Shown in pieces: positions 19,708 to 29,343 of a stretch of DNA of 64,000 nucleotides (position 1 is the first letter of the stretch; each line of letters starts with the position of its first letter). The notes beneath the pieces are model-generated. The model had not been told where the DNA came from. It ran no database searches and saw only the letters and a program-made list of their open reading frames with translations. The DNA is taken from contig CAZVQU010000002.1 of the NCBI GenBank assembly GCA_964629655.1, positions 524,878-588,877 of the forward strand, read 5' to 3'. The stretch is from an uncultured Planctomycetia bacterium (GTDB lineage Bacteria; Omnitrophota; Gorgyraeia; Duberdicusellales; 4484-171). Position numbers and translations under genes: made by a program.

Positions 19708-20481
19708 TTAAAGTTTTAAACGAATCAAATTAAGGGCTAAATTCATATTTACGCTCTTCACCGCCCCGTAAATCTTCAAAATATCCTTTAAAATACTATC
19801 TATTTGGCTTAGGCTATATGGAGCTAAGATTATCTCACCTTCTAAGGCCTGAGGCAACTGATTATTTCCCAACCCGGTTTTAGAGATTAAGCTCTGGCGT
19901 AAGACCATAATCAGGGTCCAAAGAAAGGAGGAAAACCTCTTACGGTCGCTAAAGCGCAAGTCTTGGCCTTTTAAAAAACTAAAAACACTCCCCTTTATGC
20001 TCTCATCAACCTCTTCTTCCCTAGAAGGCAAGAATATCCGGCGGCAACGCGAAATTATTGTTGGCAGCAAACCATCTAATTTAGAGGCTGAAATTGCTAT
20101 AAAAGAATTCTTGGGCGGCTCCTCAAGAGTCTTGAGGAAAGCATTAGCTGCAGCCGGTGTTAAGGCTTGAGCATTATTTATAATCATGATCTTCCTTCTT
20201 AATCGAAAACTCTTCAAAGAAAAGAAGCGCATGCCCTCTCTTATTGACTCAATCTTTATTGAAAAACCGTCCGGTGAAATAGTAAAGAGATCAGGATGGT
20301 TACCGTCTTCTATCCTCTTGCAATCCCAACAACTATCACAAAAGTCTAACCTTTCAGTGCAGCTGATTAACTTAGCAACATCTACGATTGCCTTATCATC
20401 CTCACCAACAAAAAGGTAAGATGTCCCAAGAAGGTCTCTTTTCTTTAAAATTTGAAAGTAATTTAAAATATCCTCTCTCAA
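19708..20481 (-). CDS. holB: DNA polymerase III delta-prime subunit
   Basis: Degenerate P-loop; zinc module CDSCWDCKRIEDGNHPD; SRC motif (IISRCRRI); LKTLEEPP box. Confidence 0.75.
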   Translation of the reverse strand: MREDILNYFQILKKRDLLGTSYLFVGEDDKAIVDVAKLISCTERLDFCDSCWDCKRIEDGNHPDLFTISPDGFSIKIESIREGMRFFSLKSFRLRRKIMIINNAQALTPAAANAFLKTLEEPPKNSFIAISASKLDGLLPTIISRCRRIFLPSREEEVDESIKGSVFSFLKGQDLRFSDRKRFSSFLWTLIMVLRQSLISKTGLGNNQLPQALEGEIILAPYSLSQIDSILKDILKIYGAVKSVNMNLALNLIRLKL

Positions 20482-21089
20482 AGCACTCTCTTCAGTTGTT
20501 TCTCGATACGCTCATAGATTTGCGGCAGGCTATCGCAGGCATCAACTATCTTTACCCGGCGGGGATACTTTTTGGCTAGCTGTAAATACCCCTTGCGCAA
20601 GCGGTTATGAAAGCTCAACGCTCTCGACTCAATACGGTCTTTACTCTTTAGCCTGGCTAAGCCTACTTTTGGCGGCACATCAAGGACTAAAGTTAAATTA
20701 GGAACTACACCCAATGAAAACATCTTAACAGAGCTTTCAACAATCTTGCCTAAACCTAAGGCAAGCCCCTGGTAGGCAAGAGTTGAATCAAAGAAACGGT
20801 CACAAATAATAAAGTCATATTTTTTAAAATCCCCTTTTAACTTTTCTTCAATAAGTTGAGTCCGGGCAGCAAGATAAAGAAGTAACTCAGTATGAGCAGA
20901 TAACTTTTTATTCTTCTTATCAAGAAGGATCTTTCTTATCTTCTCACCGACCTGGGTTGAACCCGGCTCCCGGTGGACCTTAAAAGAAGCTTTCCTCTTC
21001 CGCAGGAGCTTGGCAATAAACTTAATAACGCTACTCTTGCCACTACCTTCTAAGCCTTCAATGGTGATAAAAAAACCTCTTCTTTTCAC
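20478..21089 (-). CDS. tmk: thymidylate kinase
   Basis: P-loop EGLEGSGKSS; DRFFDSTLAYQG LID/NMP-binding region. Confidence 0.85.
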   Translation of the reverse strand: MKRRGFFITIEGLEGSGKSSVIKFIAKLLRKRKASFKVHREPGSTQVGEKIRKILLDKKNKKLSAHTELLLYLAARTQLIEEKLKGDFKKYDFIICDRFFDSTLAYQGLALGLGKIVESSVKMFSLGVVPNLTLVLDVPPKVGLARLKSKDRIESRALSFHNRLRKGYLQLAKKYPRRVKIVDACDSLPQIYERIEKQLKRVL

Positions 21090-22495
21090 AGCTTACTCCT
21101 CCAGGTAGTCCCATCTTTTGTATCCTCTAAGATTATGCCCCGTTCCTCCAGTTTCTCCCGTATATCGTCAGCATCTTGATAATTTTTCTGCCGCTTATAG
21201 TCAGAACGTATCTTTATCAGTTTCTCGATATCCTGTTTTGAGATTTCGTTAGGCTCTTCTTTAAAAAAGTCCAAACAAAGCACATCAGCTATTTCCTTAA
21301 TAGTCTCTAAGGCATATTTAGATTTGACCTCTTTGAATTCAACTTCACTATCGATTGTTTTATTGCAGGCATTGACTAAATCAAATAAAACCGCTAAGGC
21401 TTTGGGCATATTAAAATCATCATCCATGGCCTCAATGAATTGCTCTTTAAATGGTGCTATGAACCCGGTACCACCTTGGACTTTCTTATCCAGATGTATC
21501 GTTTGATAATTTTTCTCTAACTTATCCTTTAAGATAACTATCCTCTCATAAGCCTTCCCTGCCTCTTCCATTTTTCTATCAGAGAAATCCACTGAGCTAG
21601 AGTAGTGAGCCTGGAGATAAAATATCTTTAAAATATCTGCTGAATATTTTTCTACTGCATCCTGGATAGTAACAAAATTCCCTAAAGACTTAGCCATCTT
21701 CTGGTTATTAATAGTTAAAAGGCCGTGGTGTATCCAATAATTAGCAAAAACCTTATCGGTCAAAGCTTCAGCCTGGGCACACTCATTCTCATGGTGGGGA
21801 AAGATCAAATCTCTTCCTCCGCCATGGATATCTAAGGTATCAGTTTTTAAGTATTTCTGGCTCATAACTGAGCATTCAATATGCCAACCCGGCCTGCCCG
21901 GCCCCCAAGGACTCTCCCAGGAAGGTTCTCCTTCTTTAGCCTTCTTCCAGAGAGCAAAGTCTAAAGAGTCTTCTTTGGCCTCATCCTTTGATATTCTTAC
22001 ACCCTCTTTCATCTTATCAATACTCTGGCCGGAGAGTTTACCGTAATCCTTAAACTTTCTCACGCTAAAGTAGACTCCGCTATCAGTAGTATAAGCACAC
22101 CCTCTATCAATTAACTTTTCAATATACTTAATCATATCCCCTACATTCTCAGTAGCTCGGGGTTCTTTATCGGCCTTACTAATACCTAGAGCTCCTAAAT
22201 CCTGATAGTAGCTATCAATATACTGACTAACTAAATCCTGCCAATTGACTCCTAACTCCTTAGCCCGATTTATAATCTTATCATCAATATCAGTGATATT
22301 TCTTATAAACTGAACCTTATAACCCCGATACTTTAAGTATCTCCTGATGACTTCAAACACATAAAGACTTCTGGCGTGGCCGATATGACAATCATCGTAG
22401 ACAGTCACACCGCAAACATACATCTTCACCATGCCTTCTTCCTGAGGATTGAAAAGGTCTTTAGTCTTGGTTAAGGAGTTATGAATCTTTAGCAT
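21086..22495 (-). CDS. cysS: cysteinyl-tRNA synthetase
   Basis: HIGH (CHIGHARS); KMSKS (KMAKSLGN); Zn-binding Cys (CGVTVYD). Confidence 0.9.
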   Translation of the reverse strand: MLKIHNSLTKTKDLFNPQEEGMVKMYVCGVTVYDDCHIGHARSLYVFEVIRRYLKYRGYKVQFIRNITDIDDKIINRAKELGVNWQDLVSQYIDSYYQDLGALGISKADKEPRATENVGDMIKYIEKLIDRGCAYTTDSGVYFSVRKFKDYGKLSGQSIDKMKEGVRISKDEAKEDSLDFALWKKAKEGEPSWESPWGPGRPGWHIECSVMSQKYLKTDTLDIHGGGRDLIFPHHENECAQAEALTDKVFANYWIHHGLLTINNQKMAKSLGNFVTIQDAVEKYSADILKIFYLQAHYSSSVDFSDRKMEEAGKAYERIVILKDKLEKNYQTIHLDKKVQGGTGFIAPFKEQFIEAMDDDFNMPKALAVLFDLVNACNKTIDSEVEFKEVKSKYALETIKEIADVLCLDFFKEEPNEISKQDIEKLIKIRSDYKRQKNYQDADDIREKLEERGIILEDTKDGTTWRSKL

Positions 22496-22496
22496 C

Positions 22497-22982
22497 TTAC
22501 TTCTTTTTACGTTTCTTTAAAGAAACAAAGGCAAAACAACTAATACTATTCTTGCTACCTAAGATATTCAGTCCTTCTTTGGATTTAAATTTTACATTTA
22601 TCTTAGCAGTTGATAGGAGTTTGTTCAAAGACTTAGTAATCTTTCCCTTGTAAGGAAAGAGCCGCGGCTTGTCAGTAACAACAACAATATCCAGATTACC
22701 AATAGTGTATTTACCCTTTACCTTCTTTAAGATAAAGCTTAGGATCTCCTTGCTGTCGATTCCTTTTGACTTCTTGTTCTGCGGTGGGAAGTAATCGCCG
22801 ATATCACCTAAGCCAGCCGCTCCACAGAGAGCATCACTTACTGCATGTAATACTACGTCACCATCGGAGACCGCTATCAAGCTAAAGCTAGAGGCAATCT
22901 TAGCTCCGCCAAGGATTAAATCCTTGTCTTTCTTGCTTAAGTGGTGAACGTCAAAACCTAAACCTACCTTATAGTCTTTCAT
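22497..22982 (-). CDS. ispF: 2-C-methyl-D-erythritol 2,4-cyclodiphosphate synthase
   Basis: GFDVHHL metal site; AVSDALCGAAGLGDIGDYFP signature. Confidence 0.85.
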   Translation of the reverse strand: MKDYKVGLGFDVHHLSKKDKDLILGGAKIASSFSLIAVSDGDVVLHAVSDALCGAAGLGDIGDYFPPQNKKSKGIDSKEILSFILKKVKGKYTIGNLDIVVVTDKPRLFPYKGKITKSLNKLLSTAKINVKFKSKEGLNILGSKNSISCFAFVSLKKRKKK

Positions 22983-23637
22983 TACTGATTATTTTAGCTA
23001 GTTTAAAATCTCTTGGGTAAGTTACCTTGAAATTAAAGATATCCCCATAAACTACCTTTACTGGCTTACCGATAGTCTCTAACATTTGGGCATCGTCAGT
23101 TAGGTCCCTCTTTCTGAACTTCTTATAAGCTTGAAGAATTACATCCTTCTTAAAACCTTGCGGAGTTTGGATAAGATAAACATCTTCTCTGTCTAAAGTC
23201 TTCTTTACAAGGCCCTCCTTTACTAATTTAAGAGTATCCGGACATCTCAAACCGCAAATTACTGCCAGATGTTTTTTTAATTCCTTTAATATCTCAAGAA
23301 TTATTTTCTTAGTTACAAAAGGCCTGGCGGCATCATGGATAAGAACATACTCTGTATCCTTACTTAGGGCTAATAAGCCTTTAAATACCGAATCGGCTCT
23401 CCTTGCCCCGCCTTCGGCTAAGGTGATGGATTTATCCCTGATCTGCTTTTTGGCTAAAGGAAAATTCTCTTTCCTTAAGACCAATACAATCTCTCCTACC
23501 CCCCTTATACTCTTAAAGATTGAAAGGGCTTTACAAAAGAGAGGCTTGCCGGATAATCTTAAAGTAGCTTTATCCCCCTTAGCTAGTCTCTTGCCCTTAC
23601 CAGCTGAGACTATAACTACACCTACTTTTGATGCCAT
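22969..23637 (-). CDS. ispD: 2-C-methyl-D-erythritol 4-phosphate cytidylyltransferase
   Basis: VVIVSAGKGKRL nucleotide-binding loop; overlaps ispF by 14 nt, the typical ispDF pair. Confidence 0.85.
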   Translation of the reverse strand: MASKVGVVIVSAGKGKRLAKGDKATLRLSGKPLFCKALSIFKSIRGVGEIVLVLRKENFPLAKKQIRDKSITLAEGGARRADSVFKGLLALSKDTEYVLIHDAARPFVTKKIILEILKELKKHLAVICGLRCPDTLKLVKEGLVKKTLDREDVYLIQTPQGFKKDVILQAYKKFRKRDLTDDAQMLETIGKPVKVVYGDIFNFKVTYPRDFKLAKIISNERL

Positions 23638-23658
23638 AAGAATTATTCTAAACCTTTT

Positions 23659-24648
23659 TTATCCAGCTAGCTTTGTAAACACGATTCTACCGCTGGAACT
23701 CTGCAGCACTGAGGTAACCTCAATATTAACAGTTTTACCTACCAAGCGCCGGGAGTTCTCCACCACTACCATGGTTCCGTCTTCTAAGTAACCTACGGCT
23801 TGATTATGCTCTTTACCCTCTTTAATAAGCTTTAAAGAAAATCTCTGTCCGGCGACAAAGGTCGGCTTTAAGGCATTAGCAAGATCATTAATGTTCAAGA
23901 CCTTTACTCCCTGAAGTTGGGCAATGCGGTTTAAATTATAGTCGGTAGTTAAAACCTCAGCATCTGTAGTTTGAGCTAACTTTATAATCTTCTCGTCAAC
24001 ACTCTTTACACTGTCAACATTCTGATCAGATATTTCTACATCAATGTTTGGCTCTTTCTTTAAAGAGTGAAGAATTTCAATCCCCCTCTTGCCTTTTTGA
24101 CGCTTCATATGGTCGGTAGAATCTGCTAAAGCATGAAGCTCGTTGAGGACAAACCGAGGAACAACAAATCTTGCTTCGATAAAGCCAGTCTTGACAATAT
24201 CAAGTATTCTTCCATCAATAATGCTACTAGTGTCAACAACCATAGATTCTTCTCTCTGGCTTTGGCGTTTAAACTTAACATAGGGAATTACTAAGCTAAA
24301 CTCATCTTTGCCTTTAACACCTAAAGTAAGCCCAAGATATACAAATATAAAGGTAACAATTAGCTTAATATTCTGCATTATCTCAGTCGGAAAATCTCCC
24401 CGAAAGCGGAATTGATCCAGGGTCGCACCGAAAATCCAGGCAATTATAAGACCAAGGATTATTCCAAAGACTGAGCTGGAGAGTCCTTTTAAGGATGCCC
24501 GGCGGGTGAAAGTCTCGAAAGTAACCAGAATTACACCACCGATAAAACCTAAACCAGCATAGATAAGGGGATTCACTCCGCCTAATGAATAACCTATCCC
24601 GGTAAAGATAAGGACAAAAAATATTCTTAAAAAAATTAAACCCATCAT
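23659..24648 (-). CDS. PIN/TRAM-domain membrane protein (YacL-like)
   Basis: N-terminal 3-4 TM helices, central PIN-like acidic residues and C-terminal TRAM-like beta domain; conserved neighbour of radA/ispD in Firmicutes. Confidence 0.6.
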   Translation of the reverse strand: MMGLIFLRIFFVLIFTGIGYSLGGVNPLIYAGLGFIGGVILVTFETFTRRASLKGLSSSVFGIILGLIIAWIFGATLDQFRFRGDFPTEIMQNIKLIVTFIFVYLGLTLGVKGKDEFSLVIPYVKFKRQSQREESMVVDTSSIIDGRILDIVKTGFIEARFVVPRFVLNELHALADSTDHMKRQKGKRGIEILHSLKKEPNIDVEISDQNVDSVKSVDEKIIKLAQTTDAEVLTTDYNLNRIAQLQGVKVLNINDLANALKPTFVAGQRFSLKLIKEGKEHNQAVGYLEDGTMVVVENSRRLVGKTVNIEVTSVLQSSSGRIVFTKLAG

Positions 24649-24721
24649 AAAAACCTCCTTAATGAAACTTAGATTTTCTCAAAGAAAGCCTGTAGTTAAC
24701 CGATTCGACTCTGCTCAAGGT

Positions 24722-24784
24722 CAATGCTGAGTATTCTCGAAGCATTGAATTGATCCTGAGCACAGTCCTGACAACGATCAGGAC
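24722..24784 (-). other. two stem-loops in the radA to yacL-like intergenic space (no U-tract)
   Basis: Inverted repeats CAATGCT(N12)AGCATTG at 24722-24747 and GTCCTGA(N6)TCAGGAC at 24765-24784; the second overlaps the radA stop codon. Confidence 0.35.
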
Positions 24785-26154
24785 ACAGCCAAAGGATCTT
24801 GTTTAAATTTGCCAGAGCTACTAAACACATCCTTAACAACATCACGCAAACTTGAAAACCCGTGGACCTTGAGGTTAAACTTCTTATCCACCTCCTTTAG
24901 ATTCACCTCAGGAATTATGCAGTGTTTAAAATTAGCTCTCTCGACTTCCTTTAACCTTAAATTTATATTGTTAACTCTTCTTAGCTCTCCGGCTAAGCCG
25001 ACTTCTCCGATAAAAACACTACTTGAAGGTATATTTCTCTCTTTAAAACTGGAAATAATAGCCATAACTGCTCCTAAATCTGCTGCCGGATCACTTATCT
25101 TTAGGCCTCCGGCAACGTTTAAGAAAATATCTTCGCTAGATAAGGAAAGTTTTGCTCTCTTTTCAATTATAGCTACCATAAGAGAAAAACGATTGAAATC
25201 AAAACCTAGGCTTCTTCTGCGGGCTACCCCGAAGTTAGCTCTGCTAACTAAAGACTGAAGCTCAATAAGTAATGGCCGCAGACCTTCGATAACACAAATC
25301 ACACAACTGCCTGAGAAAGACTGTTCACGGTGAGGAAGAAATATATCATTCATCTTCTTAACTTCCCTTAAGCCGGTAGATTTCATCTCAAATACAGCAA
25401 TATCACCGGTAGAACCAAACCTGTTCTTTATTGACCGCAAAATCCGGTAGTTAGAGAGATTTTCTCCTTCAAAATACAGAACGCAATCTACAATATGCTC
25501 TAATAATTTTGGCCCGGCGATCGAGCCTTCCTTAGTGACATGGCCGACTAAAAAGATAACTACCCCTAAGGACTTAGCAATCTGAGTAAGATAATCAGCG
25601 CAACCTCTAACCTGGGAAACGCTGCCCTTGCTTCCTTCACAAGATAAGGTGTGGACTACCTGGATAGAATCTATTACTACAAATTTAAACTTCTCTTTTT
25701 TAATATACTCAAAGATATCTTCAACTCTATCTTCACCAACTATATAAATATTATCTAATTGGCTTTTGCCTAACCTTTTGGCCCTAAGGCCTATCTGCTG
25801 CGGAGACTCTTCGGCACTAACGTAAAGGGTTTTTTCCTTTAAAGAAAGAGAAGAACTAACCTCTAAGAGAAGTGTCGACTTGCCCACCCCGGGAGCTCCA
25901 CCAACAAGAATTATCTCTCCCTCAACTAAGCCGCCGCCTAAGATTCGATCAAACTCATCTAAACCGGTAGGAATTCTCCCCAAATCCTCTCCGTCAATAT
26001 CTCTAAGAAGCTTGGGCGGACTCTTTTCTCTTAATCGTTTCTTGGTGCCTTTTCGTTCTTCTGCCTCTTTGGCAAAAGTCTCCCAGCCTCCACAAAGAGG
26101 ACACTTGCCTAACCACTTAACTGACTTATAACCACATTCGGAACAACTAAACAT
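24778..26154 (-). CDS. radA: DNA repair protein RadA (Sms)
   Basis: N-terminal C4 zinc finger (CSECGY...CPLCGGW); Walker A GAPGVGKST; KNRFG motif; Lon-like C-terminal domain. Confidence 0.9.
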   Translation of the reverse strand: MFSCSECGYKSVKWLGKCPLCGGWETFAKEAEERKGTKKRLREKSPPKLLRDIDGEDLGRIPTGLDEFDRILGGGLVEGEIILVGGAPGVGKSTLLLEVSSSLSLKEKTLYVSAEESPQQIGLRAKRLGKSQLDNIYIVGEDRVEDIFEYIKKEKFKFVVIDSIQVVHTLSCEGSKGSVSQVRGCADYLTQIAKSLGVVIFLVGHVTKEGSIAGPKLLEHIVDCVLYFEGENLSNYRILRSIKNRFGSTGDIAVFEMKSTGLREVKKMNDIFLPHREQSFSGSCVICVIEGLRPLLIELQSLVSRANFGVARRRSLGFDFNRFSLMVAIIEKRAKLSLSSEDIFLNVAGGLKISDPAADLGAVMAIISSFKERNIPSSSVFIGEVGLAGELRRVNNINLRLKEVERANFKHCIIPEVNLKEVDKKFNLKVHGFSSLRDVVKDVFSSSGKFKQDPLAVS

Positions 26155-26215
26155 ACTTTTAACTATGGTAGGGGAGTATATAGATTTAAGAAGACTTCAA
26201 TATCCCTACTCTTTC

Positions 26216-26932
26216 CTATTTTTTCTTCTTTCTAGATTGCTTTGGCTTATGTAATAGCTTCCAAGGGTGACTCTTCAAATCTGCAAGAAACTCCTCAGTG
26301 GTCTGGTATAAAGAGTCATCGTAAAGCAGCCGGCCTATTGTTCCCTGCTTATTCCTCATATCCTTGACTACCCCTTTTATATCTAAACTTATATCTTCTA
26401 TATTAAGTAGTATATTCTCAAAAGAAGTCTTAATCTTACCTTCTTTTACAAACTGCTCTACCTCCTTCATTGTTTTATTAAAGGTGGCAAAAAGGCCAAA
26501 CAGAGGTACTGGTGAGATTCCCTCAAGAACATCTCCCCCATTTATATAGGCTGTTGCCTCCTCGGGTGGATTAATTTCTAAGTATTTCTCACCAAACAAA
26601 CTCAAGCTATTAATAAAAAACTGTGAATTTTTGGGAATCTTTACTCCCTTCTCTACCTTAGCATGAACATAGACCTTAGGCTTATTCCCTTCTTCCTTAA
26701 TTTTAACTTTTTTGACCTCACCGACATCTACACCGCAAAAACGAATTGGCGAAGACGGACGCAAGCCTTCGGAAAAATCAAATTTAACAATTACAACATA
26801 ACTGCCTTTAAAGATATTCACTTCTTTCATCGAAATAAGGGTAAGAAAGAATAGCCCGAAGGCAACCAGGAAAAAACTACCTAATTTTATATAAGAAAAA
26901 CTTTTCTTTTTGTCCCATAGATTTATTGCCAT
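26216..26932 (-). CDS. mlaD: MCE-domain protein (MlaD-like)
   Basis: Single N-terminal TM helix plus MCE beta-barrel; follows mlaE and mlaF. Confidence 0.6.
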   Translation of the reverse strand: MAINLWDKKKSFSYIKLGSFFLVAFGLFFLTLISMKEVNIFKGSYVVIVKFDFSEGLRPSSPIRFCGVDVGEVKKVKIKEEGNKPKVYVHAKVEKGVKIPKNSQFFINSLSLFGEKYLEINPPEEATAYINGGDVLEGISPVPLFGLFATFNKTMKEVEQFVKEGKIKTSFENILLNIEDISLDIKGVVKDMRNKQGTIGRLLYDDSLYQTTEEFLADLKSHPWKLLHKPKQSRKKKK

Positions 26933-26945
26933 TCATACCCCCTCT

Positions 26946-27734
26946 TTAAACTTCCATCTCCCTTATCGGGCCGCCGGAAGTCCCTTTTAAAAACTGAATT
27001 AACCTCTCATCTTTGGACTTCTTTAAATCATTCTTATCTCCCTCAAAGATGATTCTTCCTCCTAATAAAAACGCTAAACGATCAGCGAGCCTTAAGCCAA
27101 CTTCTAAGTCATGAGTTACTACTACCGAAGTAATAGCCAGGCGCCGGTGAAGGTCTTCAATCAAATTCACTATTTTATCCACAGCAATAGGGTCAATTCC
27201 GGTAGTCGGCTCATCGTAAATTATAATTTTGGGATTGTAGATGACTGCCCTGGCTATGGCTACCCTTTTCCTCATGCCTCCACTCAACTCATAAGGATAC
27301 ATATCCTCTATGCCTTCTAAGCCAACCAAGGCTAGAGTCTCAGTTACTTTTCTCCTTATTTCAGATTTTTTTAGCTTTGTATGCTGGTAAAAGAAAAAGC
27401 CGACATTCTCCTCTATGGTTAAAAAATCAAAAAGGGCACTGCCTTGAAAAACTAGACCAAATTGCAATCTGATTTTTTCCAGCTTCTTCTTAGCTAACTG
27501 GGTAATATCTACACCATCAATACCAATAGTCCCTGAATCCGGCCTTATCAATCCCAGGATGTTTTTAAGCAGGACTGTCTTGCCGGCGCCGCTGCGTCCA
27601 ATCAACAGGTAGTTCTCGCCCTTATTTACCGTAAGGGTAACTCCTTTAAGAATCTGCTTTTGGCCAAAAGTTCTATAAATGTTCCGTATTTTTATCATAC
27701 CCAAGTAAAGTAGAAAAGTGCCGTTAAAATACAA
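26946..27734 (-). CDS. mlaF: ABC transporter ATP-binding protein (MlaF-like)
   Basis: Walker A GRSGAGKT; signature LSGGMRKRVAIARA; Walker B IIIYDEPT. Confidence 0.75.
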   Translation of the reverse strand: MYFNGTFLLYLGMIKIRNIYRTFGQKQILKGVTLTVNKGENYLLIGRSGAGKTVLLKNILGLIRPDSGTIGIDGVDITQLAKKKLEKIRLQFGLVFQGSALFDFLTIEENVGFFFYQHTKLKKSEIRRKVTETLALVGLEGIEDMYPYELSGGMRKRVAIARAVIYNPKIIIYDEPTTGIDPIAVDKIVNLIEDLHRRLAITSVVVTHDLEVGLRLADRLAFLLGGRIIFEGDKNDLKKSKDERLIQFLKGTSGGPIREMEV

Positions 27735-28459
27735 TCAGTAATAATAATAAGCATAAAAGACCTTACTACTGAATGAGTCACTGCACGTGAAACATCAGTA
27801 GATGAAAAAGGCCTAAATCCCTCATAGCAAGAGATAAAAGCAATCACGCTGCCAAAACAAACACTCTTGGCAAGACCGCTTAAGATGTCTTTAAATTTTA
27901 AGGCATCAAGAGTCATTCTAAAATAAAGACCAGCCGGAATAGCAAATTTCGTTGACCCGATTACGTAGCCACCGACAATACCTAAAAAATCAGCATAGAT
28001 AATTAGGATTGGCATACAAACAAGCAAGGCGATGAATTTTGGAACTACCAAATAATCTATAGGCTCTACCCCTAATGCTTCTAAAGCATCCACCTGCTCG
28101 CTGATCTTCATTGATCCAATACCGGCGGTAATAGAAGCACCGCTTCTAGCAGCTACAATCAAAGCACCGATTACCGGACCTAATTCTCTTACCAAAGAAA
28201 GAGCTACCAAAGATGCTAGTTGGATCTCGGAACTAAGTTGTTGTAATTGATAGGCGGTTTGAAAAGCAATTATCATTCCGATGAAGAAAGCAATCAAGGA
28301 GACTAAGGGAAAACTATCAATGCCAATGAAAATTACCTCTCGAACTAAAGACCTGAGATCTCTTTTCTTGGTAAATAGCCACCAGAAGATATTCTTTATA
28401 AAAAAGCTAATGCTTCCTATATAGTGGAATAACTGTCCTAACCCGTTAATTAATCCCAT
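27695..28459 (-). CDS. mlaE: ABC transporter permease (MlaE-like)
   Basis: ~254 aa with 5-6 TM helices and MlaE-family conserved loops. Confidence 0.7.
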   Translation of the reverse strand: MGLINGLGQLFHYIGSISFFIKNIFWWLFTKKRDLRSLVREVIFIGIDSFPLVSLIAFFIGMIIAFQTAYQLQQLSSEIQLASLVALSLVRELGPVIGALIVAARSGASITAGIGSMKISEQVDALEALGVEPIDYLVVPKFIALLVCMPILIIYADFLGIVGGYVIGSTKFAIPAGLYFRMTLDALKFKDILSGLAKSVCFGSVIAFISCYEGFRPFSSTDVSRAVTHSVVRSFMLIIITDCILTALFYFTWV

Positions 28460-29343
28460 CAGAAATCCTTTCTCTTTTCAAATCTTAAAGTAGTTCCTTT
28501 TTCTTCCATCTTCAATCTCAAAAACTTATCATCTTTCCAATTATAACGCAGCTCGGTCTGAGGCCCTAACCCTTTTTCTCCTCCGTCAGTATCTACAAAG
28601 ACACCTAACTTCTCATCAATCTGCTTCTTAAGCCCTACACTTTCATTATCCCCGGAGAATAGCTGCCATTGATCAATAAAAACCTTCTGAGGATTATATT
28701 CTGCTCCCGGTAGTATATTAGAGAAATCCCGCAGATCTAATACCCCTTTGATTTCTACAACATTGCCATTTTTAAGGACGAGTTGGGAGTCGGTAATATT
28801 CAATACCGGCAACCTTCCTAAAAAGTCTATCCGTAAATAGGTAAATTCTTTACCCTTGTACTTGCCGCCACCTACCACCAAATAACCGCTGGTAAGAAAA
28901 CTGCTGATGCCACCCCAAGCCCTGACCTTTATATTTACCTCACCCTCTAGGAATGAGGAATTTTCCTTCCATCTGCCCTCAAGATCAAAATTAAGCTCAT
29001 TCCTGACTAAGTCAACCTGGCCGCTAGCGATGAATTGAGGTGAATAAATGTAAGGAATAACGGCAATGGCTTCGCTCAAAGCTAATCTCGCTCTTACCCA
29101 GGGTATACCTTTATCATTAAAGGTAAGATTGCTGCCGCCCACTTCCAATATCAAAGAACTATTATCTCTATCTAATCCAAAGATAAATTCGCCACTAACT
29201 TCACAACTCCCAAGATTAAAATCGACAAGCTTTACTTGATTTTTGATCAAGTCGATCTCGACTAAATCCTGACTAGCCGCAAAGGAATTGCCGCAAACCA
29301 AACAAAGAACTAACAGGGAGATGGCAAGAGACCCTTTCCTCAT
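28459..29343 (-). CDS. hypothetical exported protein, co-transcribed between clpC and mlaE
   Basis: Signal peptide MRKGSLAISLLVLCLVCGNSFAAS; no recognisable motif; 4-nt overlap with clpC and 1-nt overlap with mlaE. Confidence 0.4.
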   Translation of the reverse strand: MRKGSLAISLLVLCLVCGNSFAASQDLVEIDLIKNQVKLVDFNLGSCEVSGEFIFGLDRDNSSLILEVGGSNLTFNDKGIPWVRARLALSEAIAVIPYIYSPQFIASGQVDLVRNELNFDLEGRWKENSSFLEGEVNIKVRAWGGISSFLTSGYLVVGGGKYKGKEFTYLRIDFLGRLPVLNITDSQLVLKNGNVVEIKGVLDLRDFSNILPGAEYNPQKVFIDQWQLFSGDNESVGLKKQIDEKLGVFVDTDGGEKGLGPQTELRYNWKDDKFLRLKMEEKGTTLRFEKRKDF

